From contig CAVXPZ010000003.1 in assembly GCA_963763775.1 (NCBI GenBank), positions 32,001-96,000 on the forward strand: a DNA stretch of 64,000 bases, in the 5' to 3' direction. The notes under the pieces are model-generated. The model saw only the letters and a list, made by a program, of their open reading frames with translations. It searched no databases and was not told the DNA's origin. Both the position numbers and the translations under genes were made by a program. Positions 31,760-42,228 of the stretch are shown here, piece after piece. Every line of letters begins with the position of its first letter. The stretch's first letter is position 1. Source of the DNA: an uncultured Chloroflexia bacterium. GTDB lineage: Bacteria > Chloroflexota > Limnocylindria > Limnocylindrales > CSP1-4.

Positions 31760-33133
31760 GTGCAAGCCCGCCGGATCCGGCAAGACACCGGACCCACCGA
31801 CCGTCGCCGCCTCGTCGCGGCTGGACTGTCGGCCGTGCTTCCGGGTCTCGGTCAGGCCTTCAACGGCCGACGGACCCTGGCCCTCTGGTTCCTCATCCCC
31901 TCCCTCGTCCTCATCGCGATCGGGCTGATCGTCGTCCGGACGCAGTCGCCCGCCCGGCTGGCCGCCTGGGCCGTGGCGCCCGCGGTCCTCGGGACCCTCC
32001 TGACGCTGAACCTCGTCCTGCTCGCGTGGCGCCTCGTCGCGTCCGGCCAGGCGTTCCTCGACACGCGTCGCGCCGGGCCCACCGGCCGACTCGGCGTCAT
32101 CGGGTTCGCCCTGATCGTCCTCGCGCTGCTGCTCCCGCACGTCGTGGTCTGGCGCTACGGGACGGTCGCCGGCGAGACGTTCGCGCGCGTCTTCGGCGGC
32201 CAGGTCCTGAGCTCGACCGGCGAGGCCCGGACCGAGGCACGCCCGTCGCCGGGCGACACGGAGCGGATCAACGTCCTGCTCGTCGGCGTCGATTCGACCA
32301 AGACGCGGACCGAGACGCTGACCGACACGATGATGGTCGTGTCGCTCGACCCGGTCGGCCACACGGTCTCGATGGTGTCCCTGCCGCGCGACATCGTGAA
32401 CATCCCATTGGGCAACGGCGACATCTACGGCCCCAAGCTCAACTCGCTGATGTCCTACGCGGACCGCCACCCGGACGAGTTCCCGAAGGGCGGCATGACG
32501 ACGCTCGAGGACGCCGTGGGCGCCCTCCTCGGCATCCCGATCTCGTACTACGCCCGACTCGACTTCAAGGGGTTCGTGCACATGGTCGATTCCGTGGGCG
32601 GCGTCGACATCAAGGTGAAGAAGGACCTCGACGACCCGGGCTACGACGGCTACGGCCTCGGCGAGAAGGGCTTCTCGCTCACGAAGGGCACGCACCACCT
32701 CGACGGCGCGCAGGCTCTCGCCTACGCCCGGATCCGCAAGGCGGTCGGGGAGAGCGACTTCACGCGGGCCGACCGGCAGCAGCAGATCCTCGTGGCGCTC
32801 AAGGACCAGGCGACGAGCGGTGGCAGCATCCTCTTCGAGCTCCCCGGGCTGATGGAGGCGGTCGGCGAGACGGTGAAATCCGACATCCCCTCCGACCGGC
32901 TCCCGGACCTCGCCGCGATCATGGACGAGATGAAGGCCAAGTCGGTCACGCGCGCCGTCATCAACCACCCGCTCGTCGACACGCGGAACACGCGATACGG
33001 GTCGTCGCTCGTCCCGGATGTGAAGGCGATCCGGGCGATGGCCGCGGCGCTCTTCTCGACGCCCGGCACGGCGCCGGTCCCGTGGCCGACGCCGGAGCCG
33101 ACGCCGAAGCCGACCGGGTCGTCCGCGCCCTAG
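31760..33133 (+). CDS. LCP (LytR-CpsA-Psr) family glycopolymer transferase
   Basis: INVLLVGVDS, TDTMMV, MVSLPRD, KLNSL, ALAYARIRK, SDFTRADRQQ. Confidence 0.95.
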   Translation: MQARRIRQDTGPTDRRRLVAAGLSAVLPGLGQAFNGRRTLALWFLIPSLVLIAIGLIVVRTQSPARLAAWAVAPAVLGTLLTLNLVLLAWRLVASGQAFLDTRRAGPTGRLGVIGFALIVLALLLPHVVVWRYGTVAGETFARVFGGQVLSSTGEARTEARPSPGDTERINVLLVGVDSTKTRTETLTDTMMVVSLDPVGHTVSMVSLPRDIVNIPLGNGDIYGPKLNSLMSYADRHPDEFPKGGMTTLEDAVGALLGIPISYYARLDFKGFVHMVDSVGGVDIKVKKDLDDPGYDGYGLGEKGFSLTKGTHHLDGAQALAYARIRKAVGESDFTRADRQQQILVALKDQATSGGSILFELPGLMEAVGETVKSDIPSDRLPDLAAIMDEMKAKSVTRAVINHPLVDTRNTRYGSSLVPDVKAIRAMAAALFSTPGTAPVPWPTPEPTPKPTGSSAP

Positions 33134-33143
33134 CGGTCCGGCC

Positions 33144-33776
33144 CTAGAACCCGAGCGCGCGCAACCGCGGCGTCATGCGCCGCGCGGCCCGTGCCCGGTG
33201 CGAGATCGCGTGCTTCTCCGTCGCGGTCCAGAGGCCGAGGGTCCGTCCGCCCGGCGGCTCGGATGCGGGCTCGAAGATCGGGTCGTACCCGAACCCGCCG
33301 GTCCCGCGGGGCTCCGTGGCGATCCGGCCGCGACACGTGCCGCGCGTCGCGGTCAGCGGCAGACCGCCTCGCGGGCCGGTCGACGCGGGCAGGGCCAGCG
33401 CGAGGACGCAGACGTACCGGGCGCCGCGTCGCTCGGGCGGCAGGCCGGCGAGCGCGCCGAGCAGCTTCTCGTTGTTCTCCGTGTCGGTGGCGTCCTCGCC
33501 GGCATACCGTCGGGTCCTGACGCCCGGGCCGCCGCCGAGGGCCTCCACCTCGATCCCGGAGTCGTCGGCGAGCGTCGGCAGGCCGCTCGCCCGGGCCCCG
33601 AACCGGGCCTTGATCGCCGCGTTCGCCACGAAGGTCGCGCCGTCCTCGACGGGGTCGCCCGGGATGCCGAGCTCCTCGAGGGAGACGAGCTCGCCGCGAT
33701 CGAGCTCGAGGAGCTCGCGAAGCTCGCGCAGCTTGTGCTCGGACCGGGACGCGACCAGCAGCCGCGGCCGGGTCAC
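33144..33776 (-). CDS. rdgB: dITP/XTP pyrophosphatase
   Basis: [36 protein letters not shown]. Confidence 0.95.
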   Translation of the reverse strand: MTRPRLLVASRSEHKLRELRELLELDRGELVSLEELGIPGDPVEDGATFVANAAIKARFGARASGLPTLADDSGIEVEALGGGPGVRTRRYAGEDATDTENNEKLLGALAGLPPERRGARYVCVLALALPASTGPRGGLPLTATRGTCRGRIATEPRGTGGFGYDPIFEPASEPPGGRTLGLWTATEKHAISHRARAARRMTPRLRALGF

Positions 33777-34510
33777 CGCCGGACGGTGGCGAGGACCGCG
33801 GCCTGCGCCTCGAACAGCCGGGCGAGGCCGGCATCGGCCAGGTCGATCAGGCCGTTGGCGGCGATCCGGTCGAAGGGCTTGCCCTCGGCCGTGCCCTGGA
33901 GCTCGACGTACGCGCCGCCGTCCGTGCCGACGACGTTGAAGTCGACGTCCGCGCGGGAGTCCTCGGAGTAGTCGAGGTCGAGCAGCGGGAGGCCGTCCAC
34001 GAGGCCCACGGAGACGGCCGCGACCTTGCCGACGAGGTGCCGGTCGAGGCCGTAGGTGATCAGCGCGGCCGCGAGGGCCACGTAGCCACCGGTGATCGAC
34101 GCGGTCCGTGTGCCGCCGTCCGCCTGGAGGACGTCGCAGTCGATGGTGACGGTCCGCTCGCCGAGCTTCGTCAGGTCGACGACGCCCCGCAGCGACCGGC
34201 CGATGAGCCGCTGGATCTCGTGCGTCCGGCCGCCGATCCGGCCCTTGGCGGACTCGCGGTCGGTGCGCTCCGCCGTGGCCCGCGGCAGCATCGAGTACTC
34301 CGCGGTCACCCAGCCGGTGCCCTTCCCGCGGAGGTGGGGCGGGACGCGGTCCGCGATCGTCGCCGCGCACAGGACCTCGGTGTCGCCCATCTTCACGCGG
34401 CACGACCCCTCGGCCCACTTCTGGACACCGAGCGTGAAGCTGATGGGCCGGAGGTCGCCGGGCCCGCGGCCGTCCGCGCGGACCGTGGCCGGTCGATTGC
34501 CGATCGTCAT
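33773..34510 (-). CDS. rph: Ribonuclease PH
   Basis: [47 protein letters not shown]. Confidence 0.97.
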   Translation of the reverse strand: MTIGNRPATVRADGRGPGDLRPISFTLGVQKWAEGSCRVKMGDTEVLCAATIADRVPPHLRGKGTGWVTAEYSMLPRATAERTDRESAKGRIGGRTHEIQRLIGRSLRGVVDLTKLGERTVTIDCDVLQADGGTRTASITGGYVALAAALITYGLDRHLVGKVAAVSVGLVDGLPLLDLDYSEDSRADVDFNVVGTDGGAYVELQGTAEGKPFDRIAANGLIDLADAGLARLFEAQAAVLATVRR

Positions 34511-35667
34511 GTCGTGGCTCGCTCCTCCGCCTTGGCGGCATCCCATAGGGCATCGAGGGCCGGGAAATCCAGCTCCCGAAGGGCGACCCCCTGATCGGCG
34601 GCCGCACGTTCGACATGGTTGAAGCGCCGGCGGAACTTCGCATTCGCCGCGCGCATCGCCGCCTCGGCATCGACGCCGCGCTTCCGCGCGACGTTGACGA
34701 GGACGAACAGGAGGTCGCCGAACTCCTCGGTCCAGCCGGGATCGTCGCCCGCCGCATCCGCCGCCCGCAGCTCCTCGGTCTCCTCGATGACCTTGTCGAG
34801 CACGCCGTCGATCGACGGCCAGTCATACCCGATGTGCGCCGCCCGCTCCTGCATCTCCAGGCTCGCCGCCAGCGCGGGCAGCGACGGGCTGATCCCGTCG
34901 AGGGCGCTCTTCGTCGCGGCGGTCTCGCCCGCGTCGGCACGTTCCGACGCCTTGATCCGCTCCCACTGCCGGTTCACGTCCATGGCCGTGGCGGCCTCGG
35001 CGTCGCCGAAGACGTGCGGGTGGCGGCGGACGATCTTCGTGGCGAGGGTCGCCTCGACGTCGGTCAGGTCGAAGATGCCCTCCTCGGCGGCGAGCTGCGC
35101 GTGGAGGACGACCTGGAGCAGGAGGTCGCCGAGCTCCTCGGCGAGGTCCGGCGTGGCGCCGTGCTCGAGCGCGTCGTAGACCTCGTACGCCTCCTCGAGC
35201 AGGTGGCTGCGCAGGGTCAGGTGGGTCTGCTCGCGGTCCCACGGGCAGCCGTCGGGCTCGCGCAGCCGGGCGCTGATCCACGGCATCGACCACGGACCGC
35301 CGACGGCCGCCTCGGGGGCGAGCGGCGCCACGTACAGCGGACCGCCGGTCAGGTCCGCGTCGGTGAGCGTCGCGATGGCGAGGGGCTCGGCGGCACCGAA
35401 GCGGCCGACCGGATGCGCGGCCGGGTACAGGCGGGCCAGGACGGCGAGGGCGTCCCGGCCGGCCGGACCGTGGCGGCCGGGCAGCGGTCGTGGCGCGTCC
35501 GTCGGGCCGCCGCCGCCCGGGACGAGGATGGCCAGCGGCACCAGCAGGAGCGGCCGCGACGGCTCGACGGGCGTGCTGACGATCCGCTCGGCCGCCACGA
35601 CCTGGACCCCGGCCGAGGCATCGAGGCCCCACCGCAGTCGGGCCTCGGCGAGGAGCGCGTCGAGCAC
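34507..35667 (-). CDS. mazG: MazG nucleoside triphosphate pyrophosphohydrolase with degenerate YabN-like N-terminus
   Basis: [35 protein letters not shown]. Confidence 0.92.
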   Translation of the reverse strand: MLDALLAEARLRWGLDASAGVQVVAAERIVSTPVEPSRPLLLVPLAILVPGGGGPTDAPRPLPGRHGPAGRDALAVLARLYPAAHPVGRFGAAEPLAIATLTDADLTGGPLYVAPLAPEAAVGGPWSMPWISARLREPDGCPWDREQTHLTLRSHLLEEAYEVYDALEHGATPDLAEELGDLLLQVVLHAQLAAEEGIFDLTDVEATLATKIVRRHPHVFGDAEAATAMDVNRQWERIKASERADAGETAATKSALDGISPSLPALAASLEMQERAAHIGYDWPSIDGVLDKVIEETEELRAADAAGDDPGWTEEFGDLLFVLVNVARKRGVDAEAAMRAANAKFRRRFNHVERAAADQGVALRELDFPALDALWDAAKAEERATT

Positions 35668-35679
35668 GACGTCCTCCGT

Positions 35680-37440
35680 CTAGTTCGTCGTGGCGCCCGT
35701 GATCGACGGGTCACGCTCGATGGTGGCGGCCGTCTTCTTGAGCGAGTACCACGTCGTGAACGCCGACGACTTGATGTCGTCGAGCTGGCGGCCCACCGGG
35801 GTCCGCGTCTCCTCGGCGAAGACCTTGAAGAGGTAGACGCCGTCCTTCGTCGTGTCCCCGTCGGCGATCGTGACGATGTCGCTCGTCTTGCCGATCGGCG
35901 CCGCGAAGATCGCGGTCGTCAGCCGCTCGTCGAGCTCGCCCTTGGCGATGAACCCGAGGTCGCCGCCACGACCCGCCGTGGTCGCTTCGGAGTTGTCGCG
36001 GGCGAGCGCCGCGAAGTCCGCGCCGCCGTCGGCCTGCGTCTTGAGCTCGGCGATGCGCTGCGCGTCCGTCGGCTTGTACATGACCTGGATGACATGCCAG
36101 CCGAAGGCCGACTTGACCGGCGCGAGGAGCGAACCCGGGCCGAGGCCCGGCTTCAGGATCGCGCCGAGGAAGGCCTCGTCGACCTGGCTCGTCGAGTCGA
36201 AGTACGGGAGCTTGCCACCGGTCCCGGTGACGCCCCGCGCGCTGGTCTCGTCGCTCTCGGCCCGAGCGATCGAGTCGAAGAGGGTCGGATCGGCCTTGAT
36301 CTTGTCGTAGGCGGCCTGGGCGTCGGCCTGCGCCGTGGCCCAGGAGGGGTCGTCGGCCGGGATCGTGCCGTCGGATGCGCCGGACGGATCGTCCTTGGGC
36401 GAGTACAGGATGTGGCGCACCTTGATGCTGTCCGCCACCGGGTCCGTGTCGGGCTTCCGGATCCAGATCTCGCTCACCTGCCGTTGCGGTCCCGCCTTGG
36501 TGGCATCGGCCACGACCTGGTCCGCGAGCTTCTGGTGGATGACGTCCCCGGCGACGACGACCCGGTACTTGGCGAGGTCGATCCCGTCGTTCTGGAGCTT
36601 CTCGGTGTAGGCGCTGTCGACGGTCTCGGGGGCGATCTCGGTCACGCGGCCGATCCGGAAGATCCCGTCGGTGCCCTCGATGACGGCGGTCGGGGTGTTC
36701 ACGTCCGCCGCGAAGATCGCCTCCAGGTACGGCTCGTCCGCCTGGCTGTCGGCGCGCGCGATCCAGCCGAGGTCACCGGCCTGCGGCGCGCTCGACGCGT
36801 CCGTCGAGACGGTCTTGGCGACCTGGTCCCAGGCCTTGCCGCTCTGGAGGTCCTTGAGCGCGGCGTCGGCCGTGGCCTTCGCGGCCTGCTTCTGGGCGTC
36901 GGTCGGCTCGATCGCCCCCGGGTCCGTGGCCGGCTGGACCTCGATGACCCAGGCGTGGCGCTGTTCCTTGGTGGTCGCCTCGGTCACCAGCTGGGCGTCG
37001 ACGTCCCCCGGCGTGGCGGTGATCCCCTGCTGGGCCGCCAGCTCGCCCTGGAGCTTCGTATCGATGAGGCGTTCGAGCGTGATGGCGGGCAGCTGGTTGC
37101 GCTGCTGATCGACCACGGACTGCTGCGTCGACGCCTGCGCATCCGTCAGCCGGCCGGCGACGTTGAGGCTCCGGATCTGCCGCTCCGCTTCGTCGAGGCG
37201 CCAGGTCTCGATCGCATATCGGTCGGCGAAGTCGTCCTTGCTGATGCTCTGGCCGTCGACGCTCCCCACCGAGGCGAGGTGCGAGTTGTACCAGGACAGG
37301 CCTGCGGCGATCACGAGGATGAGGACCGCGGCGAGGACGACGAGGCCGAAGCCCAGGTTGAGATAGAAGTTCCGTCGATCCTGGCTCTCCCACGAGGGGC
37401 GATGGTCGCGCTTGACGACGGGCTTGGCTCGGAAGGTCAT
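35680..37440 (-). CDS. Membrane-anchored SurA/PrsA-like parvulin peptidyl-prolyl isomerase
   Basis: N-terminal TM, SurA-N-like region, AGDLGW, VRHIL, PVKSAFGWHVI, GGDLGF. Confidence 0.9.
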   Translation of the reverse strand: MTFRAKPVVKRDHRPSWESQDRRNFYLNLGFGLVVLAAVLILVIAAGLSWYNSHLASVGSVDGQSISKDDFADRYAIETWRLDEAERQIRSLNVAGRLTDAQASTQQSVVDQQRNQLPAITLERLIDTKLQGELAAQQGITATPGDVDAQLVTEATTKEQRHAWVIEVQPATDPGAIEPTDAQKQAAKATADAALKDLQSGKAWDQVAKTVSTDASSAPQAGDLGWIARADSQADEPYLEAIFAADVNTPTAVIEGTDGIFRIGRVTEIAPETVDSAYTEKLQNDGIDLAKYRVVVAGDVIHQKLADQVVADATKAGPQRQVSEIWIRKPDTDPVADSIKVRHILYSPKDDPSGASDGTIPADDPSWATAQADAQAAYDKIKADPTLFDSIARAESDETSARGVTGTGGKLPYFDSTSQVDEAFLGAILKPGLGPGSLLAPVKSAFGWHVIQVMYKPTDAQRIAELKTQADGGADFAALARDNSEATTAGRGGDLGFIAKGELDERLTTAIFAAPIGKTSDIVTIADGDTTKDGVYLFKVFAEETRTPVGRQLDDIKSSAFTTWYSLKKTAATIERDPSITGATTN

Positions 37441-37522
37441 GTGAAGGATGGATCCTGTGACATGGTCGGCATGGCCGGCTCTCGCCGGTGGGCAATGGGG
37501 CGCGTATCGTACCGCACCCTCG

Positions 37523-38677
37523 TCAGAGGGCCGGGAGGACGATCCGGTCGACGAATCGCTCGGTCGCATGCCCGTCGGCGATCTCGAACGAGGCGGCGCG
37601 GAAGGCCGCGACGCGGTCCAGGTCGAACCGCCCGGCGCGCAGGTACGCCGCGAGCGGCTCGGTGGTCTCGAAGATCGGCCCGGGGACCCCGGTCCGGTAG
37701 TCGAAGTAGAACCCTCGTTCGCGCTCGTAGGACTCGTAGTCGGGCGCGAAGAACACCATCGGCCGGCCGAGCAGCGAGTACTCGAAGATGACGCTCGAGT
37801 AGTCCGTGATGACGAGGTCGCTGACGAGCAGGAGCTCGTTGATGTCGGGGTGGTCGGAGACGTCGATGGCGAACCCGCCGAGCTCGGGGCCGAGCGGCGC
37901 GCTCGCCCGGATGAACGGGTGGAGCCGGACGAGGACGACGTGGTCGTCGCCCAGCCGGTCGCGCATCAGACGCAGGTCGAGGTCGTCCGCGAACCGCGCG
38001 GTCGTGCCGTGCTCGCCACGGAAGGTCGGGGCGTAGAGGACCACGGTCTTTCCCTCGGGGATCGCGTACCGCCGCCGGATCGCGGCCGTCGTCGCGGCGA
38101 TGCGCTCGTCACCGAAGAGGACGTCCGTGCGCGGGATCCCGAGGTCCGCCCGGAAGCGCTCGATCGGCTGGTGGAACGCGTCCATGTAGGCCGGCGCCGC
38201 GGACATCGACGCCAGCAGGCATACCGTGTAGTTGCTGTGGATGCGGACGCGCGAGGTGAGGTCTTCGTCCGCCCCGAAGGCCTTGTCGACGACGCTGTAG
38301 CCGACCTTCTTGAACGCGCCGCACGCGTGCCACGTCTGGACGATGGTCGTGCCGGGCCGGGGCGTCACCACGTAGATCGGGAAGTAGTAGTCGTCCACGA
38401 CGAAGACGGTCGCGGTGGCGAGGTGGTAGGCGGCCCGCACGACCTGCCATGCGGCCCCGACCTTCGCGCGCCAGCCCGGCGCCAGCCGATGCGCGAGCAC
38501 GACGACGGGGACCGGCGGCCGGCGGCGCGCCAGCTCGTCGCGGATGATGGCCAGGTTGCCGCCGAGCCGGTCCGCGTGGGCCGTCGCGAGGACGACGCGA
38601 TGCCGGCGGGGCAGATGGCGAGCGATCGCGAAGGTCGCGCGGACGAGGATGATCCGCAGCGTGACGACGGGGCTCAC
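37523..38677 (-). CDS. CDP-glycerol/ribitol glycerophosphotransferase (TagB/TagF/TarL family)
   Basis: QTWHACGAFKKVG, GIPRTD, YAPTFRG, RLHP, ITDYSSVIFE. Confidence 0.92.
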   Translation of the reverse strand: MSPVVTLRIILVRATFAIARHLPRRHRVVLATAHADRLGGNLAIIRDELARRRPPVPVVVLAHRLAPGWRAKVGAAWQVVRAAYHLATATVFVVDDYYFPIYVVTPRPGTTIVQTWHACGAFKKVGYSVVDKAFGADEDLTSRVRIHSNYTVCLLASMSAAPAYMDAFHQPIERFRADLGIPRTDVLFGDERIAATTAAIRRRYAIPEGKTVVLYAPTFRGEHGTTARFADDLDLRLMRDRLGDDHVVLVRLHPFIRASAPLGPELGGFAIDVSDHPDINELLLVSDLVITDYSSVIFEYSLLGRPMVFFAPDYESYERERGFYFDYRTGVPGPIFETTEPLAAYLRAGRFDLDRVAAFRAASFEIADGHATERFVDRIVLPAL

Positions 38678-38780
38678 CGCGCCGATGATACCGGCTGGGT
38701 CCCGCGCGGTCGGTTTCGACGTAGGCTAGGCGGGCCCACGCGCGATGGATGACATCGGGCGACGACGCAGGGAGGACGCG

Positions 38781-39467
38781 ATGACGACCGGGATGATCGT
38801 GCTGGCCGGCGGGATCGGCAAGCGGATCGGGCGACCGTTCCCCAAGCAGTTCCTCCTGCTGGGCGGCAAGCCCCTGATCATCCACGTCCTCGAGAAGGCC
38901 CGGGCCATCCCCGAGATCGAGCGGGTGGTCATCACGTGCCCCGAAGCCCATCTTGAGGCGACGCGCGAGCTCATCGCCAACCACCGGCTCGGCGACAAGG
39001 CCGAGTGCATCGTCGGTGGCTCCTCACGGCAGGAGTCGGTCTACCTGGGGTTGCTCGCGCTGGGCGGCCTGGACTCGGTCATCGTCCATGAGGCGGTCCG
39101 ACCGCTCGTGACCACCGCCGAGTTCCGGGTCCTGATCGAGACCGAGGACGAGAACGCGATGTACGGCATCCCGATCCCGTTCACCGTCCTCAAGGGCCAC
39201 GGCTACGTGGAAGGGTTGCTGGAGCGGGACGAGCTCGTGAACGTCCAGCTCCCGCAGAAGTTCCACCTCGGGAAGCTGCTCGCGGCCCACGAGGCGGCGC
39301 GCCGCGACGGCGCGCTCTTCACCGAGGATGCCGGCCTGTTCTTCCAGTACGCCGGCGAGCCGGTGCGGATCCTTCCCGGCTCGGACCAGAACATCAAGAT
39401 CACCGTGCCGACCGACACGGTGACCGCCGAGGCGATCTACGCCGACGTCCTCGGCCGCGGGGCGTGA
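38781..39467 (+). CDS. IspD/TarI-family cytidylyltransferase (probable ribitol-5-phosphate cytidylyltransferase)
   Basis: LAGGIGKR, PKQFL, GGSSRQESV, HEAVRP, NIKIT; context of Tag-like genes. Confidence 0.88.
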   Translation: MTTGMIVLAGGIGKRIGRPFPKQFLLLGGKPLIIHVLEKARAIPEIERVVITCPEAHLEATRELIANHRLGDKAECIVGGSSRQESVYLGLLALGGLDSVIVHEAVRPLVTTAEFRVLIETEDENAMYGIPIPFTVLKGHGYVEGLLERDELVNVQLPQKFHLGKLLAAHEAARRDGALFTEDAGLFFQYAGEPVRILPGSDQNIKITVPTDTVTAEAIYADVLGRGA

Positions 39468-40174
39468 CCGTGGGCAGGACCGTCATCGTCACGGGCGCGA
39501 GCCAGGGGATCGGGCGGGCCGCCGCGGTCCGGATGGCCCAGGAGCCGTCCGTCTCGACCGTCGTGCTGGTCGCCCGGAATGCCGCCGGTCTGCAGGAGAC
39601 CGCCGCGGCGATCGACCCGACGGACGCGGCGACCCGGTGCATCCCCTACGACCTCGCCGACCTGGACGGCATCCCGGACCTGGTCGCGGGGATCTCCGAC
39701 GAGTTCGGGCAGCTCGACGTCCTGCTCAACATCGCCGGCTACGCCGAGCCGAAGGCGCTCCTCGACACCACGTCGGAGAACCTCGTCACGACCTTCACGA
39801 TCAACGTGTTCGCGATGCTCCTGCTGACCCGGGAGTTCGTGCGGTTCGCGCAGGGCCACCCGGCGAAGATCCTCAACATCGCCTCGACCGCGGGGATCAC
39901 CTCGCGGCCGGGCTGGGTCGCCTATGCCGCATCCAAGGCCGCGGTGGTGTCGCTGTCGCAGACGCTGGCCGACGAGCTCGCCGGCACGGGGATCAAGGTC
40001 TACAGCATCTCGCCGGGCCGGACCGCGACGGACCTGCGCCGGATCCTGGCGCCCGACGAGGACCTCAGCAAGATCATGCAGCCGACGGCGGTCGCCGACG
40101 TCATCGCGTCGCTCATGCGCGACGAGGAGCGGACCCTCGACGGCCAGAACATCATCGTCCGCCAGCAGATCTGA
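39464..40174 (+). CDS. SDR oxidoreductase (probable ribulose-5-phosphate reductase)
   Basis: TGASQGIG, YAASKAA, ISPGRTATDLR; coupled to the IspD/TarI gene as in the Bcs1 IspD-SDR architecture. Confidence 0.85.
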   Translation: MTVGRTVIVTGASQGIGRAAAVRMAQEPSVSTVVLVARNAAGLQETAAAIDPTDAATRCIPYDLADLDGIPDLVAGISDEFGQLDVLLNIAGYAEPKALLDTTSENLVTTFTINVFAMLLLTREFVRFAQGHPAKILNIASTAGITSRPGWVAYAASKAAVVSLSQTLADELAGTGIKVYSISPGRTATDLRRILAPDEDLSKIMQPTAVADVIASLMRDEERTLDGQNIIVRQQI

Positions 40175-40180
40175 CGGCGG

Positions 40181-41323
40181 GTGACTCGGCTCGAATACCT
40201 CCTCGCGAGCACGCTGCTCCGGGTCGTGGCCCTCGTGGCCTCGATCCGGCCGGTGGACCCGGACCGGGTCGTGCTCGCGACGGCGCGCGTGCCGGTGCTC
40301 GACGGCAACCTCGCCTACGTCGACGCCGCGATGCGCGCGGCGCATCCGGAGCGACGCTACGTCCATCTGCTCGAGCCGTACAGCTACGGCCTCCGCGGAC
40401 GCCTCGCCTATCTCGTCCGGCTCGTCCGCGGGATGTACCACCTGCGGACCGCCGGCCTGTTCATCGTCGACAACGCGTACCTGCCGATCCACGTGGGACC
40501 GCACCGTCGCGGGACCACCGTGGTGCAGCTCTGGCACGCGGTCGGGGCGCTCAAGCGGTTCGGTGTCGACATGACGCGGCCGCTGGCCGAACCCGAGCGG
40601 ACGTTCCTGCATCGCTACTACGACTACGTCGTCGTCCCAGCCGAGGGGACCCGCGCCCCGTATGCGGCGGCCCTGCGGACGCCCGTCGAGCACGTCCTGG
40701 CCCTGGGGGCGCCGCGCACGGACTTCTTCTTCGACGATACCGCGATGGCGGCTGCCCGGCGCCGCCTGCTGACCGCGCATCCGACCCTCGCCGGTCGCAC
40801 GGTCGTGCTCGTCGCGCCGACGTTCCGCGGCCGCGGCCGCGAGAAGCGGGCCGGCGAGGGGTTCGACGCCGTCCGGATCCGCGCGGCGCTGCCTGAGGGC
40901 CACGCGCTCGTCCTCAAGACGCACCCGAACCTCGACCCGGCGGCCACGCCGCGCGACGGGTACGACGTGGTGGCCGAGCCCGCGTCGGAGATGAACGACT
41001 GGCTGGCGCTGGCGGACATCCTGGTGACCGACTACTCGTCGTCGATCTTCGAATGGGCGCTGCTTCGACGTCCCCTCGTCCTGTTCGTCCCCGACCTGGC
41101 CGAGTACGAGGCCGACCCCGGGCTCTACCTCGACTACCGGACCGAGATGATCGGCCGCCAGGTCGCCGACACGGACGGCGTCATCGCGGCCATCCGCGAC
41201 GGGTCCGTCGACCAGGCCGCGTACGACGCCTTCATCGAGCGACACATCGGTGTCGCGGACGGCCGGGCAAGTGCCCGATTCGTCGCCCGATTCCTCGCGA
41301 GGAGCCCGACCGGCCCTAGGTGA
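40181..41323 (+). CDS. CDP-glycerol/ribitol glycerophosphotransferase (TagB/TagF family)
   Basis: QLWHAVGALKRFG, GAPRTD, APTFRG, KTHP, VTDYSSSIFE. Confidence 0.92.
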   Translation: MTRLEYLLASTLLRVVALVASIRPVDPDRVVLATARVPVLDGNLAYVDAAMRAAHPERRYVHLLEPYSYGLRGRLAYLVRLVRGMYHLRTAGLFIVDNAYLPIHVGPHRRGTTVVQLWHAVGALKRFGVDMTRPLAEPERTFLHRYYDYVVVPAEGTRAPYAAALRTPVEHVLALGAPRTDFFFDDTAMAAARRRLLTAHPTLAGRTVVLVAPTFRGRGREKRAGEGFDAVRIRAALPEGHALVLKTHPNLDPAATPRDGYDVVAEPASEMNDWLALADILVTDYSSSIFEWALLRRPLVLFVPDLAEYEADPGLYLDYRTEMIGRQVADTDGVIAAIRDGSVDQAAYDAFIERHIGVADGRASARFVARFLARSPTGPR

Positions 41324-41337
41324 TACCCTTCGCCGCG

Positions 41338-42228
41338 ATGTCCGCCACCACAGAAGTGCCCGGCGCGTTTCGGCACGCCGCGGGTGAACAAGGCCCGGTC
41401 GCCCTCGTCCGGGAAGGCATCGCGGACGTCCGATCCCGACAGCGCCTGGTGCGCTACCTCGTGTCCGCCGACATGCACAAGCGCGGCGCGGACACCCTGC
41501 TCGGAAACATCTGGTGGGTGCTGGACCCGCTGCTGCAGATGCTGGTCTACCTGATCTTCGTGACGATCATCACGAACCGGCAGCTCCCCGCCTATCCGCT
41601 CTTCATCTTCGCCGCGATCCTGCCCTGGAAGTGGTTCACCGCCTCCGTGGGCGATTCGACCGTGTCCGTCGTGTCGCAGGGCAACCTGATCAAGCAGATC
41701 GCCTTTCCCAAGATCGTGCTCCCGGTCTCGGCCACCACGGCCGGCGTGGTGGGGTTCACCTTCGGGTTGATCCCGCTCCTCGCCCTGATGCTCTTCTACC
41801 AGGACCGCATCACGATCTACCTGCTCTTCCTGCCGGTGATCGCCTTCGTCCAGTTCGTCTTCACGATGGGCATCTGCCTCCTCGTGGCGGCCGGCAACGT
41901 CTTCTTCCGCGACCTGGGCAACGTCTCGCGGCACATCCTCCGCCTCTGGTGGTTCCTGTCCCCAGGTCTCTACAGCCTCGCGACGGTCGGCGACATCGCG
42001 GTCTTCCACGACCACCCGTCGCTGAAGGTGTTCATGCAGCTGAACCCGTTCGCGATCCTGTTCGAGGCGTACCACGACGTCATCTACGGGACCACGCGCC
42101 CGCCCGGACCGCCGACGATGCCGAACCTCACCGCGCTCGCGATCCTGTTCGTGGTGAGCGTGTTCCTCCTCGGGCTCGGCATCTACGCGTTCAAGCGCCT
42201 CGAGCCGAACTTCGCGAAGGTCCTGTGA
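41338..42228 (+). CDS. ABC-2 polysaccharide/teichoic acid export permease (TagG/Wzm-like)
   Basis: LGNIWWVLDPLL, LIKQIAFP, FFRDL, WFLSPGLY, LNPF. Confidence 0.9.
   Translation: MSATTEVPGAFRHAAGEQGPVALVREGIADVRSRQRLVRYLVSADMHKRGADTLLGNIWWVLDPLLQMLVYLIFVTIITNRQLPAYPLFIFAAILPWKWFTASVGDSTVSVVSQGNLIKQIAFPKIVLPVSATTAGVVGFTFGLIPLLALMLFYQDRITIYLLFLPVIAFVQFVFTMGICLLVAAGNVFFRDLGNVSRHILRLWWFLSPGLYSLATVGDIAVFHDHPSLKVFMQLNPFAILFEAYHDVIYGTTRPPGPPTMPNLTALAILFVVSVFLLGLGIYAFKRLEPNFAKVL

Noticed and set aside
34615-37791. Long antisense ORFs (also 17868-20153, 3948-6053, 56190-58316)
   Set aside because: Shadow frames of real opposite-strand genes, typical of GC-rich codon usage; no recognisable motifs.
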